A DNA stretch of 63,589 nucleotides, filler included, from Collodictyon triciliatum (Eukaryota), in the NCBI GenBank assembly GCA_043381765.1. It is 7 parts of 7 records of this genome, joined end to end, with 100 filler letters (N's around TTAATTAATTAA, not from the genome) between each part and the next. Parts side by side here need not be neighbours in the genome. Positions count along the whole stretch, not along the records: positions 47,918 to 57,374 come from JBHJMP010003004.1; positions 57,475 to 63,589 come from JBHJMP010003019.1; 5 more parts are not named here. The stretch is one strand, 5' to 3'. Positions 54,978-63,589 of the stretch are shown one piece after another. Each line of letters opens with the position of its first letter. The stretch's first letter is position 1. The notes under the pieces were generated by a model, which was not told where the DNA came from, made no database searches, and saw nothing but the letters and a program-made list of their open reading frames with translations. A program made the position numbers and the translations under genes.

Positions 54978-57168
54978 ATGGACAGCGACTGGGACCTGCA
55001 AGGGGAGGCGGAGGCCGAAGAGAAGATTGATGGAGGAGCAGAGGAGGAGGTTACGAGGCGGAAGAGGAAGAAGCAGAAGGAAGTGGAGCGGGAGAGGGAG
55101 AAGGAGAGGGAGAAGGAGAAGGAGAAGGAGAAGGAGAAGGCAAGGGAGGCGGAGAAGGAGGCGAAGGCGGGCGGGGAGCGGTGCGCAGGGTGCGGGGCGG
55201 AGGACTGGGTGGAGGTGGCGGAGGACGGGACGGAGTGCTGCGGTCAGTGCGGGGTGCAGCGCGGGGACGGGGCGCTGACGCAGCTGCAGGAGGGGGCGGG
55301 GGAGGTGCAGTTCACGGAGGCGGGGACGCGCGTGGCGGCGGGGGTGCGCGTGGGGGCGGCGCGTGCGGGGGCGCACAGCGGGGTGCGCAGGGCGCTGCGG
55401 TCTGTGCGGGGGACCGCCTTTGTGCCGCCGGCCGTGGTGGACACGGCGCTTGCCGCGCTGCCCCGCGTGGTCCAGGCCCGGGTCGCTGCCGGCCGGCCGT
55501 CCGCCGCCGTGGCCGCCGCCCTCCTCTGCACGGCTGCGCGCCGCCACGGCATGCCGCTGCCCCTGGCCCACGCCGCCGCCCTTGCCCAGTCGCCGCTGCA
55601 GCCCGCCGGCCGCGCTCTCTTGGCCCTGCGCAGAGCCCTGCCCGACCTGCTGCCCGCCCCCGCCCCTGCATCTGCATCGGACCCCCGCTCCCATCCCAGC
55701 CACAGCCACAGCCACAGCCACAGCCACAGCCACAGCAATCTCAGTCCCACCCCCCACGACCTGCCCGCCCTGCCCGTCGCGGCCCTCCGCCTGGTCGAGC
55801 GCTGCCTCCTCGCCGTCCTCCCCCCCGACGTCCTCCCCCCGCACCCGCTGCAGCCCGACCCCACCACCGCCCCCGACCCCCGCGTCTGGCACCTCCGCCT
55901 GCGCGACCGCATCGCCAACCTGCTGCGCTGCGCCTCCGCCAACCTCATCCCCGACGGCAGACACCCCACCGCCGTCCAGTGCGCTGCCATCGCCATCGCC
56001 CTGCAGGTCCCTTCCCCTCCCCTCTTCTCTTCTCTTCTCTTCTCTTCTCTTCTCATCTCATCTCCTCTTCTCATCTCCTCTTCTCCTCTCCAAGGCCTAC
56101 GCCCTCTGGACCCCCGAGAGGCAGGACGCCCTCATCCAGTTCCTCCATGTCTCCGAGGTCACCTTCCGTCTGCGCTTCAAGGAGCTGCGCCGCTACCTTG
56201 TCCATCTCACAAAGTCTCTCCCGTGGGGCCACGACACAAACATCAGGACAATCCATCGCCACTACCAGTTTCTCCTCGAGCACATTGTAAATATACACGC
56301 ACAAATGGTCCGCACCGCCTCTCTCCAGTCCGTCCTCCCTTCCTACGGCGCAGCAGAAATGACTCTGCCGCCAGAGGCGTTCCGCTTCGCATGCAAACGC
56401 AAGCATGAGCTTCAAGACCGTCTCGACTCTGCACGCGCTCGTCTCGACCTGTGGGCCACCTCCCAATCCCCTGCCTTGCCAGTGGCCCACCAGACAACCA
56501 ACCTTTTCCCACAACACCCACATCCATCACAAGCCACATCCCAATCGGCCTTGCAACCCACAGAGCAATCGTATCCGCACCTCCCCTCACAAACACTGGC
56601 ACAAACAGAGCCCCCGTCGGAACCACCACAAAAGTCGTCCGGTATGGTATCCTCTCTCCCCAACATGACCCCCAAGGATTCGTACGACTATTTGTACATG
56701 CCTCGGAAGAAAGCAACCACCGACTCAAAACCGGACCGCCATGATGTGGACATTGAATGCCTACTTCTCCAGGGCGTACCTGTGGACGTCATCTACAAGG
56801 AAGGAATCACCGCCGCATTCCGCCACATCCAACCAGCAGACAACAGCCACGATGCCGTAGAGTCAGAGTTGGATTTGTGCATTCGCTCAGGCGACCAGCT
56901 GCAAAAGTGGTCCCAACAAACTGCGGATTGGGACCAGTACGAACCTTTAGCTAATAGGCATGTGACCGATTCCACAGCTACGCAGTCCAGCCACACAACC
57001 CAAGCCCCTTCAACCCGCAGAGGCTCTTCAAGAGCCCCATCTCAGTCATCCCGTGTCTCTCGCGTCTCTTACGACTACCTCTCTTCAACACAATCGCAAG
57101 TATCCACGGACACCATACCAGAAGCCCTGGTCCATCTCTTGCGTTCTCGCTCTTCTGCCATCCAATAA
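54978..57168 (+). CDS. TFIIB-family Pol III factor, BRF2-like; 2 exons (intron 56007-56094), ~700 aa
   Basis: Zn ribbon CAGCG...CGQCG; cyclin folds GRPSAAVAAALLCTAARR and DGRHPTAVQCAA; RFKELRRYLVHLTKSLPWG; DIECLLLQGVP; ESELDLCIRS. The intron is phase 0 and joins ORFs 54978.. and ..57168. Confidence 0.8.
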
Positions 57169-57374
57169 GCGTCATGTATCTTTTCTTTCTTTCTTTTTTT
57201 TTTCACCCCCAACCCGAGCCCCTGTCGATTTTTTTTTCTTCCTTACATTTCCACTCCTTCCTTTTGAGTTGCTCCGCATCCCACAACCCAAGAGGAAAAT
57301 GAAAAAAAAAATGAAAAGAAAAGAAAACCATGTTGGTAAATTGAGGGTAGTTAAACACCCAATTACCTGTGTCT

Positions 57375-57474
57375 NNNNNNNNNNNNNNNNNNNNNNNNNN
57401 NNNNNNNNNNNNNNNNNNTTAATTAATTAANNNNNNNNNNNNNNNNNNNNNNNNNNNNNNNNNNNNNNNNNNNN
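57375..57474. other. Artificial contig linker
   Basis: 44N-TTAATTAATTAA-44N. Confidence 0.97.
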
Positions 57475-57476
57475 AA

Positions 57477-57557
<81 letters not shown>

Positions 57558-57559
57558 AA

Positions 57560-57907
57560 CACAACGCGAGTTGACCCTATTTCCACCGATCGAGTAGCAC
57601 CAACCATCCCACTTTGTGAAGAGTCCGTCTGCAGCAGAGCAGCAGCGACGTATGACGGAGATCCGTAGATCGTCATGGAAGCAGGACGGTTCGTGGGCTG
57701 CATCGCGACTCCAGCAGGCCATTCTGCACGGCCTGTGTGGGCCGCCAAAGCCTGCTGACCCAACGAGCGCCTCTGATCCAACATCGGCGTGTGTTTCCCT
57801 GGACCTGCCGCGGTCGGGACGGTCAAAGTGCTCCGGCGTGGTTGTCCTCCGCTTTGTGGGCCGATCACGAAGGCTGGGGTTGATCCAAACTGCGCATTGC
57901 CGCTCAT
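57560..57907 (-). CDS. Possible first exon of an unknown gene, truncated at a poly(T) tract and the linker
   Basis: Open GC-elevated frame from ATG 57907 encoding S/P/G-rich sequence; no motif. Confidence 0.35.
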
Positions 57908-58437
57908 GATTCTCAGCTATATGAGTGGCCTTGTGATCAGTGCCTTGCACTCTTTCTGGGTGTTTGGCAGAGGGCCGAAAGCGAGTCACAGTTTTCTTTG
58001 ATGTGAGCGGTTTCGCAAAGCATGTCTGCCGAAGGCCTTTTCTCCGGTTCAAAGCTGATTCATGGCTCTGGGCAGAACGATGTCCACAAATAGTAGCCGA
58101 TTGGTATCAGAAATGCGGTATGATATTATATGTGGAATTTATAGTATAAATTTTTTCTATTTCTATAATCTGTTTGGCACCATAATGTTTTGATTATCTG
58201 ATATCTTAATATATAATCCATATTATCTCAACTTTTGACCACCACCAGGGCAAAGAATTTGTGCCTTCGTTCTAGCCGTGTGATTTCTACGCCACGACAA
58301 AGAATATTTTCGTTTATTTTGGGTGATCGGCGGACTACACTGATAAAAAAAAAGAAAAAGGAGGAAAGAAAAACTAGAAAGAAAAGAAGCCGACAGGACA
58401 AAACGACGCCGGGATTGAGAAACGCGAGAGAGTAAGC

Positions 58438-60228
58438 ATGGAAAGGAGCGCAGAAAGCCGCACTGATCGAACGAAACAAGCATGGCTCGACAGCGGGCTC
58501 AACCAACAACCCCGCGCCGAAAATGAGGGCCTCAGTCAAAAAAACTACATCAAGCTAAACATCCATCGATCCACACGGCCAATCGAAAAGCGCATTACGC
58601 TACTTTCTCTGCTGATTAGAAACGCGCGGATCTACAATATCGTCAGTCGCCTATCGCGCAGTAACTTTATGGTTGTTGTGATGCTTCTCTTGTGGTTCTT
58701 GTGCATGGCAAACTTTCTTGCGTACATATTGCGCAGGCCCCTCTTCTCGGCCGCTGTGTATGTGCCTGTTCAATTACTCTCCACTCTGATTTTCAGTGTG
58801 CATCACTTACTGCACATCCGGGTCGGTATTGTCAAGGCCTTGGCCACCTCTTTCAACTTCTGGTTTACCATGTGGAATGTGTTTTCGTTGCATATATGCA
58901 TGATTCTGATGTGGGATTTTACGCATGAAGTGATTTGCTTGGTTTTGCATTCGATTTCTGGTGTAGTTCTCATTTTGGTATTTTACGATGCCCACAGCGC
59001 AAAGCATCTCAACATCATGAAAGCAACTCTCGTCGTTGGGTTGGCCTCGTACATACCCATCTTCATATTACTACTGTTTAAACTGGTTGAGTTTGAAACG
59101 GAACATATCTTATTTGATTCTCAGGGAGTCCAGCTGATCGACGTTCGGCTTCAGGCACTGGACAACTTGTCTACGATTATTATCTACATTCTTCGCATAA
59201 CCTACACCCATGTCGTACTCAAAAAATCAACCACCATTGTCTTTCTTTCTCATTTCTATGAGATAGATGAGAATGATTTAAAAAGGCGAAGGAAGTACAG
59301 GCGCAACAGTACCACAGAGCCAACCGAGCCAAAAGTCCACCAGCCGATGAATCTGGAGGGTGATGAAATCAGTCAAGCTCATAAGGAACCAAGCAATCGC
59401 GCCAGAGAAATTGAGGAGGATGAGGATGGTCATCAAATACAACAAGATTCTCGTATGTTTAGGCTCCCAATTGAAGATGGACAGCAGAACCAAACAGACT
59501 CTCGGCAATACCTGGCACTGGGAATCATGAAGAGCAACGTCATTGAATACAACCTACATCACACTATATTCCACAGAGTCTTGGCAAAGAGATACCCGTT
59601 TTTCGTGAGGGCATTAAAGACAAAGAATCACGCATTCTTTGGCGTATTCTTTGCAATAGTTGTCCCTTTTTTTGCATACTCGCTATCCATGGGGGTAGAT
59701 TTCGGACCTGGTTACTGGTACACTGGGCTGTTTGTAGTGTCCGTGGGAATCCTTCTCGGTGGAGCGATTATGACTGTGACGTGCAATTTAATCATGCTCC
59801 GCCACATGTTGTTCTCTTTCGACTATTGCTACGTGGCGTTTCTGATGCTCAAAATCATCGTCTCCTCGGGCGTCTTGTGTGAGTGGGATTTGCGGGTTGT
59901 CTTCTGGCTCTACTATGCACTGAACCTGCAATGGTGTGTCATGATTGACACTTTCCACATCAGCACCCGGAAGCTGTCCCACATGATTATACTGGCGTCT
60001 CTTTGGTGGGTTGTGTGTGGCGTTATGTGCAAATGGGGCATCGGAAAGACCTTTGCACAAGACCGCTTCATCGAGTTCCGCGGAATGCAGCTAATATCCT
60101 CCAGGATTACGCTTTCCTCCTCTCTCTTCTCGGCAAGTCTGTTTGCTGTTCGTTTCGTTTGGAGCTATTACAAAAACAATCGGCGCATCCTTTTTATGAC
60201 TGAGAACGTGAGGGCCGAGGACATGTGA
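58438..60228 (+). CDS. Intronless multipass membrane protein (596 aa) with two homologous hydrophobic halves
   Basis: Two blocks of ~6 TM helices separated by a charged loop; repeated motif IVKALATSFNFWF vs MLRHMLFSFDYCY. Confidence 0.85.
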   Translation: MERSAESRTDRTKQAWLDSGLNQQPRAENEGLSQKNYIKLNIHRSTRPIEKRITLLSLLIRNARIYNIVSRLSRSNFMVVVMLLLWFLCMANFLAYILRRPLFSAAVYVPVQLLSTLIFSVHHLLHIRVGIVKALATSFNFWFTMWNVFSLHICMILMWDFTHEVICLVLHSISGVVLILVFYDAHSAKHLNIMKATLVVGLASYIPIFILLLFKLVEFETEHILFDSQGVQLIDVRLQALDNLSTIIIYILRITYTHVVLKKSTTIVFLSHFYEIDENDLKRRRKYRRNSTTEPTEPKVHQPMNLEGDEISQAHKEPSNRAREIEEDEDGHQIQQDSRMFRLPIEDGQQNQTDSRQYLALGIMKSNVIEYNLHHTIFHRVLAKRYPFFVRALKTKNHAFFGVFFAIVVPFFAYSLSMGVDFGPGYWYTGLFVVSVGILLGGAIMTVTCNLIMLRHMLFSFDYCYVAFLMLKIIVSSGVLCEWDLRVVFWLYYALNLQWCVMIDTFHISTRKLSHMIILASLWWVVCGVMCKWGIGKTFAQDRFIEFRGMQLISSRITLSSSLFSASLFAVRFVWSYYKNNRRILFMTENVRAEDM

Positions 60229-60732
60229 GCAAAAGAGCGAAAGAATGAAAAAGAAAAAGAGAAGGGTCTAATTTCGCCTTGTAATATCCCCTTGTTTCCA
60301 TCTTCTCATACCGTGTTATCTGATGTGTTTGGAAGATTGTATGCTCATCCAGATTCTTTGAGAGATGATTCAGAAAATATGTGACTTTCTGGAGAGAAAA
60401 AAATGAATAAAAATATAGAAAAATCAATCATACTGGCTGTAACGTCCGCCAGCCGAGATGTTCTGGTTGCGTATTATGTCTTGCAGTTTTTTTCTTCTTC
60501 CGTCACATAGGATGACAAAAGTGTACAAGGGAAGGAGTTAGATCTGTTTATACTAATTTGTTTGGCTGCTTTCGTGACTTTTTTTTTCTACAAGTTATAT
60601 ATATTCTCCAAAAAAAAATGAAAATGAAAATGAAAGCGATGATATGATTAGAATAATTATCCTAACACAACTTCAAGTTTATTCGTTAGCTAGTGCTAGC
60701 AACAGGCTGCTTGTTTGGAGAGCGCATAGTGC

Positions 60733-63302
<2,570 letters not shown>

Positions 63303-63442
63303 TCTGGTATGGGAGGTTTAATGCACTGGACTGACTGACTGACTTTGTTGATCTGCAAAAAGTTTCTTCGGAATGGAAAGGTGAATGGTTCCGATGAGCG
63401 CACTGCAATCTAGAGAACAAATATCGAGAGGATTTTCACGAA

Positions 63443-63589
63443 GAGAAAAGAAAAGAAAAGAAAAGAAAAGAAAAGAAGAGAAAAGAAGAGAAAAGAAGAG
63501 AAAAGAAGAGAAAAGAAGAGAAAAGAAGAGAAAAGAAGAGAAAAGAAGAGAAAAGAAGAGAAAAGAAGAGAAGAGAAGAGAAGAGAAGA
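63443..63589. repeat. (AAAAG)n/(AAAAGAAGAG)n microsatellite at the contig end; most contig ends here are microsatellites
   Basis: Similar tracts at 1-46, 9345-9475, 18910-19062, 19164-19315, 28535-28631, 28732-28835, 38304-38380, 47735-47817 and 57476-57555. Confidence 0.95.

Overview
Eukaryotic (probably protist) nuclear DNA: AT-rich, GT-AG introns, standard code, many microsatellites. The window is not one locus. Six identical 100-bp linkers (44 N + TTAATTAATTAA + 44 N) recur every ~9.56-9.61 kb, so it looks like a concatenation of similar-length contigs, and adjacency across linkers means nothing. Recognisable genes: WDR82/Swd2, a HAPSTR1-like protein, a POLE4/CHRAC-type histone-fold protein, a Trx-UBA-UBX protein, a pseudokinase, presenilin, Sec6/EXOC3, a two-domain membrane adenylyl cyclase, a SOX/MATA-type HMG-box factor, an EF-hand protein, two PHO80-like cyclins, a MARCH RING-CH ligase, a BRF2-like TFIIB factor, an internally duplicated multipass membrane protein and WDR5. 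The most striking signal is an L1/Tx1-like non-LTR retrotransposon family. It is seen as an ORF2 3' relic, a possibly related ORF1 relic, and four ultra-short (24-59 bp) insertions of the same 3' terminus, each flanked by a 14-17-bp target-site duplication. GC-rich islands with a G-rich to C-rich skew switch are also notable. Exon structures were read by eye and family assignments come from recalled motifs; no searches were run.
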